DNA of 64,000 nucleotides from Eledone cirrhosa (lineage: Eukaryota): positions 86,614,001 to 86,678,000 of the forward strand of contig OZ024746.1 in NCBI GenBank assembly GCA_964016885.1, in the 5' to 3' direction. The number at the start of each line of letters is the position of its first letter. Position 1 is the first letter of the stretch. Of this stretch, positions 29,993-40,110 are shown piece by piece. The position numbers were made by a program, and so were the translations under genes. The notes beneath the pieces are model-generated. The model was not told where the DNA came from. It did no database searches and worked only from the letters and a program-made list of their open reading frames with translations.

Positions 29993-30249
29993 TTTCATTT
30001 ATTGGCCACAAGGGCCGACATATAGGGGACAACACAATAGACAGGGACAGTGGGGGTTTACATAGAGATCGAGTAAGTATAAATAACAAAAAAACAAAAA
30101 CAAAATAACAATAAAAATACAACAATGAAAGTTCCCCAATAAGAGGGATCACCACCCAGGGTTGACTCAAGCACCCCACCAGTCCTGAGCCACCCGACGC
30201 TCCTAGGGCACCCGGGAAGGGCACCCCTCTCCTTCTCGAATTCACCAGC

Positions 30250-33200
30250 CTACAGGCGCATGATCAGAGTAGGCCCACTCACGCGGGCCATTCTCGCCAC
30301 ATTCACCCACCTTTCAGTAAATGTACTGGGGGGCAGCACTTCTCTCTCCACCCTCACCTTCCTTTCCAAGTGAAACTTGAAGAAGTTGATGAGGGATTGG
30401 CCGAAGAGAAAAGTGTCTGTCTTCAGTCCTTTCAACCTGGTCCACCATGCAACCTCTTTCGCTACTGCCACCAGGCAGAGGAAAATTGCCTGCCCTTCCT
30501 GACCAAAAGAAGGCGGCGGGTCAATCTTCACTATGGACTCGGACGATAGCCGGATCCGTTCTACACGCGACAATAGCTGTTCGACATAACCCCACAAGTC
30601 AGCAATGCACGGACACTGGACGAGTGCGTGCAGAACGGTTTCGTCGCTCTGCGCGCATCTCGGGCAGGTTCGTCTGACAGCACTTCCGTGCCTGTAGAGT
30701 TTATCCCGAACCGGCAGCGCCCCCCGGTAGCACTGCCAAGCGAGGGATTTCTGGAAGTTATCCATCGTCCCCGGCTCGAAAGTCCTCCGGAACATACTGG
30801 TCAGTTCTACTTCGTTGACGCCCAGAGCCTCTCCTAGTACGTCATCGCACTTGCCCTCCACTAATCCTCTATAGAAATCTTGAGTGGAAGTTCCACTGAC
30901 CGCATTGCCCACCTTGCAGAGTGCAGTGAGCGCCTGGCAACATTCCAGATGCCAGTCGCCCAGTCTCGGTCTCTTCTTGACCCAGGACTGCAGCTCAGTC
31001 AAAGAGATGAGCTGCGGAAAGGCCCGTCTAACAAACGGCGACCACACCTGTTCACCGTTTAGGCAAAATATCTGGAGATGTCGCAGCCTCAGCGCATGTC
31101 TGCGCATCATTAGCCACGGCATGCCCAGCCCTCCACGAAGAGGGTGCTGGCAGCAGATGGACCGCCTCACCAACGGGACCCGTCCCCTCCACAAAAATTT
31201 GAAAAGGAGCCGTTCCAAATTGGCGAGGCGTGGACGGGGGCAAGGCACGACGGTCAGGCGGTAGTAGATGACGGACGCGATGTACGCGTTCGCCACCTCC
31301 GCCCGCCCTTTCAGTGATAGCTTTCTCTCAGCCCATTTCTGGGTGAGGTTGGCTATCCTGCTCGTCACCTCGTCCCAATTCTTATCCACCTGGAGGTCTG
31401 GTCCGAACCAAACCCCGAGCAACTTTACCGGTCCGTCTGTCCAGCGCCCAACGACGCTGTTGGACGGCATGGACTTGCCTCTCCAGGTGCCGAGCTGCAA
31501 GCCCACCGACTTTTCCGGGTTAAGTTTTGCTCCCGTCAACCTTTCATATTCCTCCAAATGGGTGCGGATCACCTCGATTTCCGAGGTGTCCGACACCATC
31601 ACGGTGATGTCGTCCGCATAAGCGGACGCAGCCTTTCTACGTCCCGGTTCGAGCGGGATGCCCTGCAACAACTCCAGCTTCCGCAGTAGAGGCTCAAGAG
31701 TCAATACGTACAGAAGTGAGGAGAGAGGGCACCCTTGACGGACCGATCGAGAGATCTGAAACGGTTCCGAGAGGTGGCCATTAACTTTGACCACCGAGCG
31801 GATGCCGCTGTACATTGCAGCGATCCAGCTTCTGAAGACGGGGCCGAAGCCAGCCGCCTCGAGGACAGCCTCCAAGTACCGATGGTCGACCCTATCGAAT
31901 GCTTTCGATTGATCTAAATTGATCAGAGCCCCACCGAAGCCAGGTTTGCACCCAACCCTCTCTATGATGTATCGCATGAGGTGGAGGTTGTCGTGTATGG
32001 ACCTGGTCGGGATTGCGCAAGTTTGCGCCTCCCCAACCAAATCTTTGACGACAAGCGCCAACCTTTTCGCTAACACCTTGGCCAAAATCTTAAACTCTGT
32101 GTTGAGCAGGGTTATGGGCCTGAAATTATCTAGTGTGTCCCTCTTGTTCTCGTCTTTCCTTATCAGCGTCACTACGCCACGGCTCACAGAACTGGGAATG
32201 CTCCCGTTCTGCTGCCAGTTGCAGTAGAGCGCTTCGAGGAGATCGGAGAACAAGTCTGGCATATTTACGTAAAGCTCGTAGGGCAGACCATCCAAACCGG
32301 GTGACTTGCGACTCGAGCAGCCGACAAGGGCGTCCTGAATTTCGGCTGATGTTATCGGCTCTTCGCAGCGCTCAGCGTCGGCCGTCGAGAGGCGTGGCAA
32401 GCCGTCGAGGTAGGGACTGAAGTCCGCCGCCATCTCCGACTCACCCATCCTCCCGAACAATCGAGCAAAGTGCTGGCGAAAGGCCTCACACATCCGCTTG
32501 GAATCGCTCAGTTCGTGTCCATCTCGATCCGTCAAAGACCGAATTGTGGTTTTATTTCCACGCTGCGTCTCTGCAAAGCGAGCCCATCGGGCAGCTTTGG
32601 TTCCCTCGTTCCTCAGAGCACGCGCCTTAGCTCTGACAATGCAACCTTCGTGTTTCGCATTGAAGAAATGGTCTAGTGCCATTCTCGCCACTAGCACGTC
32701 TGTTGCAATGCCACTACAAATAGCCTCGTCTAACTTAGCTATCAGCCCCTCCTCCTTTCTATTTTTCTCTATTGCTACTTCTTTGCTAAATCCTATCGAG
32801 GTTGCTCTAATCTCTCTTTTGAGTGCCCCCCACCACCTGTTGTTGACAACCCCCCCTGTCAACTTTTGCTTAACTAAGTTGTTGACCCGGTCCCTGTAAG
32901 CTTTACGTGCCGGAAACGACATGTTTAGCTTCCAGTAGCTAGGTCCTAACCTACGTGTCTTATCTAGGTCGACCATACAGATCACAAGCTTGTGATCTGA
33001 ATAGGCAACCGTTTTAAAATGTGGACATCCTACACTATTTCTATCTCTTTTCCTAATGAAAATCCTATCTATGTACGATCTAGATGACCCTATGCGATTG
33101 GTCCAGGTCCATACTGGCGCATTAGGGAAATCTAGTCGGTACCTGTCAGACAGTTGAAACTGGCTGATCAGGTACTTGAGGCTTTTGCACCCCCCGCTCC

Positions 33201-33669
33201 TATCAGATACTCCCACACAATCCCAGCGTGCTTCTAAGATGCCATTCCAATCCCCTATTAACAGTAAAGGGCGAGACGTAAGCAGAAAGTTTTCCAGGCG
33301 CCTAAAGAAGTCCGGCCGACCGGCCCCAGTAGGGGCGTAGACGGCCACCAGTCTAAAGGCACCACCTTCGCTATTGCTCACGTCCAGGACCACCAACTTT
33401 CCGTCAGGATCCCGGAAGATTGACCTTACCTCGAGATCCAGACATTTCCTAAACAGCACAGCCACTCCACCTCCCATTCCCGGCCGACTAACAGATGCAA
33501 AGATCTGATAATCGTCGAAAATCGGCGCCAGTGCGCGTGTGTCGGAAATTCTGGTCTCGCTGATGGCAATTACATCCATTCCTAGTGACCTGAGGTCGTT
33601 GAGCAAGTGACCTTGCTTCCAGGGCGACCCCAGGCCACGAACATTTAAACTTCCTACTCTTATGGCCAT
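30250..33669 (-). CDS. LINE ORF2: APE endonuclease, reverse transcriptase and C-terminal CCHC zinc finger (1139 aa)
   Basis: SLNVRGL, ISETR, VYAP, GDWN, YIDRIF, SDH (APE); KSPGLDG, FRPITLLN, KAFDRVDH, RQGCPLS, YADD (RT); CPRC..HALVQC. Confidence 0.97.
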   Translation of the reverse strand: MAIRVGSLNVRGLGSPWKQGHLLNDLRSLGMDVIAISETRISDTRALAPIFDDYQIFASVSRPGMGGGVAVLFRKCLDLEVRSIFRDPDGKLVVLDVSNSEGGAFRLVAVYAPTGAGRPDFFRRLENFLLTSRPLLLIGDWNGILEARWDCVGVSDRSGGCKSLKYLISQFQLSDRYRLDFPNAPVWTWTNRIGSSRSYIDRIFIRKRDRNSVGCPHFKTVAYSDHKLVICMVDLDKTRRLGPSYWKLNMSFPARKAYRDRVNNLVKQKLTGGVVNNRWWGALKREIRATSIGFSKEVAIEKNRKEEGLIAKLDEAICSGIATDVLVARMALDHFFNAKHEGCIVRAKARALRNEGTKAARWARFAETQRGNKTTIRSLTDRDGHELSDSKRMCEAFRQHFARLFGRMGESEMAADFSPYLDGLPRLSTADAERCEEPITSAEIQDALVGCSSRKSPGLDGLPYELYVNMPDLFSDLLEALYCNWQQNGSIPSSVSRGVVTLIRKDENKRDTLDNFRPITLLNTEFKILAKVLAKRLALVVKDLVGEAQTCAIPTRSIHDNLHLMRYIIERVGCKPGFGGALINLDQSKAFDRVDHRYLEAVLEAAGFGPVFRSWIAAMYSGIRSVVKVNGHLSEPFQISRSVRQGCPLSSLLYVLTLEPLLRKLELLQGIPLEPGRRKAASAYADDITVMVSDTSEIEVIRTHLEEYERLTGAKLNPEKSVGLQLGTWRGKSMPSNSVVGRWTDGPVKLLGVWFGPDLQVDKNWDEVTSRIANLTQKWAERKLSLKGRAEVANAYIASVIYYRLTVVPCPRPRLANLERLLFKFLWRGRVPLVRRSICCQHPLRGGLGMPWLMMRRHALRLRHLQIFCLNGEQVWSPFVRRAFPQLISLTELQSWVKKRPRLGDWHLECCQALTALCKVGNAVSGTSTQDFYRGLVEGKCDDVLGEALGVNEVELTSMFRRTFEPGTMDNFQKSLAWQCYRGALPVRDKLYRHGSAVRRTCPRCAQSDETVLHALVQCPCIADLWGYVEQLLSRVERIRLSSESIVKIDPPPSFGQEGQAIFLCLVAVAKEVAWWTRLKGLKTDTFLFGQSLINFFKFHLERKVRVEREVLPPSTFTERWVNVARMARVSGPTLIMRL

Positions 33670-33698
33670 GCTGGCAGGATGAATGGGAGAGGAAAGGT

Positions 33699-35561
33699 TT
33701 ACTTACCTTCCGGGGTCTTGTGAAGGTCGGGTGGTTCGACCTCCATGGTTTGTGGGGTTTCTTTTGGGAACCCCTTTAATAGTCTTGACGTGGGTTTTAC
33801 GTTCGGGGTTCCCACATCCCGAGGAAAGCTCTTTCGAATTTCTTTGTATGAAGCGAGCGACATTCGCATCAGAAGCAAATTATCTGGTACGCGAAATGTG
33901 CTCGCTTCAAATGTTTCCCCGTCTTTTTCGATGTTTGTGCTTCGTGCTACATGGGCCATCAATTCCTTGTTGGCCCTTCTGGCAAGCACGAAGTTTTTAA
34001 TGTTTTGTTGCTCGGGTTTTATTTGTTCGTGTGATTGTGGTGGTGATAGCTTTGTTAGTGTTGTTTCTATTGTGTCTGCGTTTGTTGTGGGTGGGGTGTC
34101 TGTAGTTTCTGATGTTTGTGTGTCTATTTGTTCTTGTGTCTGTTTAGCTTGTTTGCGTTTGGGGGATTTTGGTGGTTGTGTTGGTGATGCTGTGGGGAAA
34201 ATGTTTGTGTGGGTGGTGTGTGTATTTTTTTTTGTGGGGGTGTTTGTGCTTTGTGGATTTCTTTTTTTTTTGTGTTTTGTTTTTTGTATTTTGGGGGACT
34301 TTGGTTTTCCCTCATCTTCACTGCTGGAGGATGAGGGGTCTGTGGCTGTGAGCGTGTTTGTGTCTGAGTGAGTGTTTATGTTCTTGTTCGTGTGTGTATT
34401 TTGGGGGGGAGGGGGAATGGGAGAGCTTTCCTCGTTTCCCCCCTGGGTGTGCAATTTTGGTGGTTCCATTGTTGACGGTGTTGCTGGTGGTCCTTGTCCC
34501 GGCGTCGCCAGCAGTGGAATCTTTCGACCCCTTGCGCTTTTCGGCAGTTGAGGGCAGAAGGCTCGCAAGTGTGTCGTTTCCCCACAAAGGAAACAATGCG
34601 GCCTTTTGCCCTCAGTCATTATATGCAACACCCTCCCGTTTTGGAGGCGGATGTGGTCCGGGATTGTTTTTACGTTTTCGGGTCTGATTTGGAGCAGTAT
34701 CTCCAGATCAACCCCGGACCAGTCGTCCCTGGCAGTTCTCGTTGCCTCTACCGGGACTGTATCCGTTCCTTCCACGATTACGCAACCCAGGAGCCACCAC
34801 ATATCAAGTCCTGGTGGAATCCTGGGAATGCGCACACGTGCTATTCGTTTTCCCATGTGGGAGGGGTACATTATGACCTTGCTGGTTTTGCAAGGGGTCA
34901 TTGAATGCTTCACAGCGAGGGCTTCAGACTTGAACAGCACCGAAACGGTGCCGTATTGCCTGCCCCTCTCTATGAAGTCTGTGTCCTCTCTGATGTATTT
35001 CAGTGCGGCTTCTATGTCAGCTTGGGCGATTATCGCTGCCCTCTTTGTCTCTACTGAGATGCATCTGAAATGCACCGTTCTTTTTTCCACTGCCTCAATG
35101 GCTTCTGCCGGGACAGTTAAGTTTGCCCAGGTCTGCTCTTGGTTTATGATTTTCCAGGCCTGGGCCAACTTTTCCTCTCTGTTGGTTAAGTCGATGCTGT
35201 AGCATGGTCTCCTTTTAGCCGCTGCCACAGCAGCGAAAGTGTTCTTGTTGGTGTTGTCACTGTTGTTGTTCTTGTTGGTGTTGCTGCTGCTATTGCTGTT
35301 GTTGTTCTCCCCTGTGTCGTGGTTACCTTCTGTGCTGTTGGCCTTGTTGGTGCTCTCGCTATTACCACCTTCTGCGCTGTTCGGCTTGTTGGTGTTGGTG
35401 TTGTCGCTGTTACCACCTTCCGCGCCGCTCGGCCCGTTGGTGCTGGCACTGTCGCTGCTCACATTCGTGCTGGTGGCGCTCCTCGCCTCACCTCTCCTCT
35501 CAACGCTCAAGTCGCCGTTGCACGACAGCAGACCCGCCTCTAGGGGGCGTGGCTCCGCCAT
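33699..35561 (-). CDS. LINE ORF1 gag-like nucleic-acid-binding protein (620 aa)
   Basis: Open frame ending 29 nt before ORF2; zinc knuckle CFLCGETTHLRAFC; Asn/Ser-rich N-terminus; Lys/Thr/Pro-rich C-terminal region. Confidence 0.9.
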   Translation of the reverse strand: MAEPRPLEAGLLSCNGDLSVERRGEARSATSTNVSSDSASTNGPSGAEGGNSDNTNTNKPNSAEGGNSESTNKANSTEGNHDTGENNNSNSSSNTNKNNNSDNTNKNTFAAVAAAKRRPCYSIDLTNREEKLAQAWKIINQEQTWANLTVPAEAIEAVEKRTVHFRCISVETKRAAIIAQADIEAALKYIREDTDFIERGRQYGTVSVLFKSEALAVKHSMTPCKTSKVIMYPSHMGKRIARVRIPRIPPGLDMWWLLGCVIVEGTDTVPVEATRTARDDWSGVDLEILLQIRPENVKTIPDHIRLQNGRVLHIMTEGKRPHCFLCGETTHLRAFCPQLPKSARGRKIPLLATPGQGPPATPSTMEPPKLHTQGGNEESSPIPPPPQNTHTNKNINTHSDTNTLTATDPSSSSSEDEGKPKSPKIQKTKHKKKRNPQSTNTPTKKNTHTTHTNIFPTASPTQPPKSPKRKQAKQTQEQIDTQTSETTDTPPTTNADTIETTLTKLSPPQSHEQIKPEQQNIKNFVLARRANKELMAHVARSTNIEKDGETFEASTFRVPDNLLLMRMSLASYKEIRKSFPRDVGTPNVKPTSRLLKGFPKETPQTMEVEPPDLHKTPEGK

Positions 35562-35770
35562 GTTTTTTTGAGAAAAAAATTATTATTTTTTTCAAAATAA
35601 AGTTCAAATATTTGGGCCAAAAGGCCCAAATATTATGAGTTATTCCTTCACAGGATACAAATTAATGTCTTATAATGCTTCAGCGGTACAAAAAATAAAC
35701 AATTCTCTACAATTAATCCTCAAAAATTGCTTACTCACGGAGCTTCAAAAAACGTACATCCACTTTCGTC

Positions 35771-35819
<49 letters not shown>

Positions 35820-35828
35820 TGATAATTA

Positions 35829-35878
<50 letters not shown>

Positions 35879-35879
35879 G

Positions 35880-36533
35880 TTCTTTGAGTCTCAGTCATTG
35901 ATGTTATTTAACTGGAAAGTTTGTTGAAATGAATATCAAGCCACTACCTGCAGCCTCAGATATTCAGGACGTATCGAAGGGTTCTTGCTGTTCCCAGCAA
36001 GCATGCCTTTTGAAGTGTTCCAAAAAGCGGGGTGGGACCAATTTTCTTTAACCATCCTTGGAAACTGTTTGAGATAGTACCTAGTGCGCCTATGACAATC
36101 GGGACCACTTTGACCTCATGGCAGTTCCAAATCCTTTTTACCTCCCACTTTAAGTGCTGGTATCTGTTAATTTTTTCTCTCTCCTTCTCTTGCACTCTCG
36201 TGTCCAATGGGCAGGCCACATCCACAATCAGGTCAGGTCTATTGTGTTCCAGCTTCTTGTCCGTCTGTATCCTAAAATCCCACAGCACCTTCACCTGATC
36301 GTTTTCTATCACCGACTCTGGCTTATGCTCATACCACTTCTCAGAATGTGGTAAATTGTGTACTTTGCATAGGTGCTAGTGGATCACCCTGCCCATCACA
36401 TCATGTCTCCAGCCCTTATAGTGAGTCTGGGCTAGGTCTTTACACTCGGATACAATGTGAGCCACAATCTCCTCTCTCTCTCCATAGATCCTACACAGTG
36501 GGCTAGCCTCCTCCTTGTAAATATAGTGTTCCA
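35880..36533 (-). mobile_element. 5'-truncated R4/Dong-clade non-LTR element
   Basis: KVLWDFRIQTDKKLEHNRPD..DVACP..VVPIVIGALG; same family as 57408 and 58696; (TAA)n on both sides; 33-nt in-frame deletion in the RLE. Confidence 0.92.
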
Positions 36534-36540
36534 AAAAGTG

Positions 36541-36593
<53 letters not shown>

Positions 36594-36759
36594 ATTATCA
36601 TCATCATCATTATTATTATTGTTATTATTATTATTATTATTATTATTGTCATTATTATTATTATTGAAACAAAGCATTAAAAAAAAACGAAATAAAAATC
36701 TCTCCATCCTTTTAAATAATGTTCTTAATCTGTTTATTTCCTGTATTTATTATATGTAA

Positions 36760-36820
<61 letters not shown>

Positions 36821-37074
36821 ATATATGAATATACAATTATATATATATACATACAAAGAGAGAGAGAGAGAGGGGGGGGGGATGCGACAGATACACGCTT
36901 ATGTGTGCATCTTGTGTATGTATGTATATAAACACGCCCTCTCTCTCTATATATATATGTATATATATATATGTGTATGCGTGTGTGTATGTGTATTTTT
37001 GTATCTGTATACGTAAGAGACTATGACTATATGACTCTTTTCTCTCTCTCTCTCTCTCTCAAAGTATGTAAGAG

Positions 37075-37134
<60 letters not shown>

Positions 37135-37259
37135 AGCAAATTTATTTTTGTTAAAATAAAAATTTTCTTTCCTTTCTTTCTTGACAGTGTTTATTCCCAT
37201 TTAATTGCATAAGCACGAACATTGCACACCAACCAAACCTAACGTTAGTAGTTACAGAA

Positions 37260-37690
37260 ACAACAATAACAACCACAGCTAAAACCACCAATAATTAAGA
37301 TCAATAACGACTACAACAACAACAACAAAAAACAACAACAACAACAACAAAAACAACCACAACAACAACGATAACAGCAGCAACAACAACAACAACAACG
37401 ACAACAACAGCAGCAACAACAACCACAACTAAAACCACCAGTAATCAACATCAACAACGACTACAACAACAACGACAACAGCAACAACAACAACAACAAC
37501 GACGACAACAACAAAAACAACAACAACAACGACGACGACAAGTACATCAACAACAAGTACATCAACAACGGCAACAGCGACAACTACAACAACAACAAGG
37601 ACAAAAACTACAACAACAACAAGGACAAAAACAACGACAGCAGCAACAACAACAACAAGTACAACAACAACAACAACAACAACAACAAAT
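37260..37690. repeat. Imperfect (AAC)n array with an internal duplicated block
   Basis: CTAAAACCACCA..ATCAA(T/C)AACGACTACAAC occurs twice. Confidence 0.85.
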
Positions 37691-38034
37691 TCCATCATTA
37701 AAACAACATGTAGTTTTATTTTTCCAACAGTGAACTTTTAAATTGAATAGGTGGAATTTTAAAGAGAGATGTCATATTTCCCTTTACATCTCAATTTTCA
37801 AGTTACCACTCCACGCCAACCACCCCTACTAATATGGCGACTACTTTCTAAGTGTTTTCTTCTTTGTTTGTGTGTTTGTTTTTTTAGAATTTTTTCAGTT
37901 TTTGTTTTTAATATCTAAACAAAAAAAAAAAAAAAAGAAGTATTCTTCTGACATTCTCATCCTCATCATCTCTTACAATTGCTTCATCTCAATCAATAAT
38001 TTCCTTTCATTTCCTTCATTGCTTTCATTTCTTT

Positions 38035-38141
<107 letters not shown>

Positions 38142-38153
38142 TTCTCTCTCTCA

Positions 38154-38198
<45 letters not shown>

Positions 38199-38344
38199 CC
38201 CTCTCTCTCTCTTTCTTTCTTTATTTATTTCTACCTCTTTCTCTCTCATCAATTCGTTCTGGCTTTCTTTTTTCTTTCTTTCATTTTTTCATTCATTCAT
38301 CAAATCGTTCTTGCTTTCTTTCTGTCTTTCATTCTTTCTTTCCT

Positions 38345-38439
<95 letters not shown>

Positions 38440-39600
38440 ACCTTTCTTTCTTTCTACCTTTCTTTCTTTCTCTCCTCGTTTATTTATTTATTCGTATTAT
38501 TTCGCCCACATTGCTCCTTGACAAGTACCATTCACATAAATTGTTACAGTTTAGCATGTAATCAAACACAGCCGTATTTTCACTTTTCTAAACGCCTTCA
38601 AGAGATCGCGTACTGTTATGAGAAATTAATATTTAAAGGATATTAAAAGAAAACCACCAGAAACAAACATACAAACAAAACAAAACGAAAAGAAAATATA
38701 TAAATGGGGGAAAAAAAAGGAATTAAAATAAAAATTATAATATTAAATACAATTATCTATCAGCTATCTTTATCGATTTATTCGGCATAAATATGTTCTA
38801 CGTTACCATTATTGCTCAGCTTCTCCTTGTTAATTAATTGAGTGCTATTACATTAGTGGATTCGATTTAGGGATATACGTCACGTGTTATGAATATTTCA
38901 GCTTAATCGAGGTCATTGATTTGAACAAGATGTTTAATGAATATTTATTTTTTAAATAAAAATATTCATTGCATGCATGTGTCGAACCGATAATTAAAAT
39001 ATTCTATTGTAGCTACAAAGTAGTATAGGATTGCAATGGAAAAGCTTGAGATATATCCGGAAGTAGGGGATCAATAACCCAATGTCTGTTCCGAGATAAG
39101 TTCTGTCTCCCTGTTCTATGTTTTGAGTGAGGCAGATGTATTCCACACACACACCATACTTGGTCCTGCCAAGCTTCAACTCTTCAGAAAGCTCACTAAC
39201 TTCTAATCCAAATTCAGATTGTCAATCCTAATTGGACAGCTGTGCTGTGTCCAGCGGAGGAAACCACACCGTTTGTCAGCTAGCTTGAAATCGACAAAAC
39301 CCCTGCATCTCTTTTCCAGACACTTAGCATAAACTTAACAAGGAGATCCTTCGATGATTGGAGATGTCTCTTTTGCATCCTTTTGGAAAATTGGGATTAT
39401 CCCTCCCAATTGTGGAATGATATAAATGTTGGATCCATCATCGATTTCGATGATAAGTATTCAGTTGTTTGATCATTTTGAATGTCCAGCTGGGGATCCA
39501 ATCCATAACACATTTTCAAAGCCGAGGGCTTGCGAGCATCCCCGCTCCTGCCTGTGCAGTCATTTCCTGTGCCACACATGAATAGTGGAGATTCCATCCC

Positions 39601-39640
<40 letters not shown>

Positions 39641-39793
39641 AGGGAGTGTAACACGGAGTTACTGTAGGTTCACCCGGGTGAGCACTCGATGTTTAGGTTT
39701 ACATCAGTATCGAGAAGTGTAGGGCTAGATAGAGTCTAGTATAATAAAATAAAAGACGGACGAGTGGTTACTCTTTCATTCCGTTTATTGGTT

Positions 39794-39878
39794 GGTGACG
39801 CGCGTTTCGCTATTGATCAGCTCAATGTTCGATCTGTGTCGATCTAGCCCGACTCTGTAATCATTGGCTCGTCGGACC
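39794..39878 (-). ncRNA. Type I hammerhead motif (U4C) in a ~255-bp solo pLTR/retrozyme-like insert 39639-39892 flanked by (TA)n
   Basis: GGT-CCGACGA-GCCAATGATTA...TGATCAATAGC-GAA-ACGCGCGT-C-ACC, AATAAA 4 nt later; GUC site. Confidence 0.8.
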
Positions 39879-40024
39879 TCTTTGGTGGTAAATATATATA
39901 TATATATATATAAATTGGACAGCTGCAAATTCTGACCACTAATTTTTGGGGTAAAAATCAAAGATCAACTTATACACTTGAAAATACGGTAGTTTAAGAA
40001 TTTTATCTGAAACGGTATGTTTTT

Positions 40025-40110
<86 letters not shown>

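Larger units (their letters stand above)
29991..35770 (-). mobile_element. Full-length intact L1-superfamily Tx1-clade LINE inserted in (AAT)n
   Basis: 5' UTR ~210 nt, ORF1, ORF2 and a 3' UTR ending GGCCCTTGTGGCCAATAAATGAAATC; (AAT)n abuts both ends. Confidence 0.95.

Noticed and set aside
30447-35571. Plus-strand ORFs overlapping the Tx1 LINE
   Set aside because: Antisense shadows of GC-rich coding sequence
37831-37841. YY1-like AATATGGCGAC motif as a possible promoter
   Set aside because: Single short motif with no linked exon or ORF
38990-39600. Possible decayed LINE 5' end or HDV-like ribozyme on - strand
   Set aside because: Could not build the nested pseudoknot or a convincing endonuclease alignment by eye
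39915-39991. pogo/Tc1-like terminus (..TTATACACTTGAAAATACGGTA)
   Set aside because: Only one end found; no partner TIR
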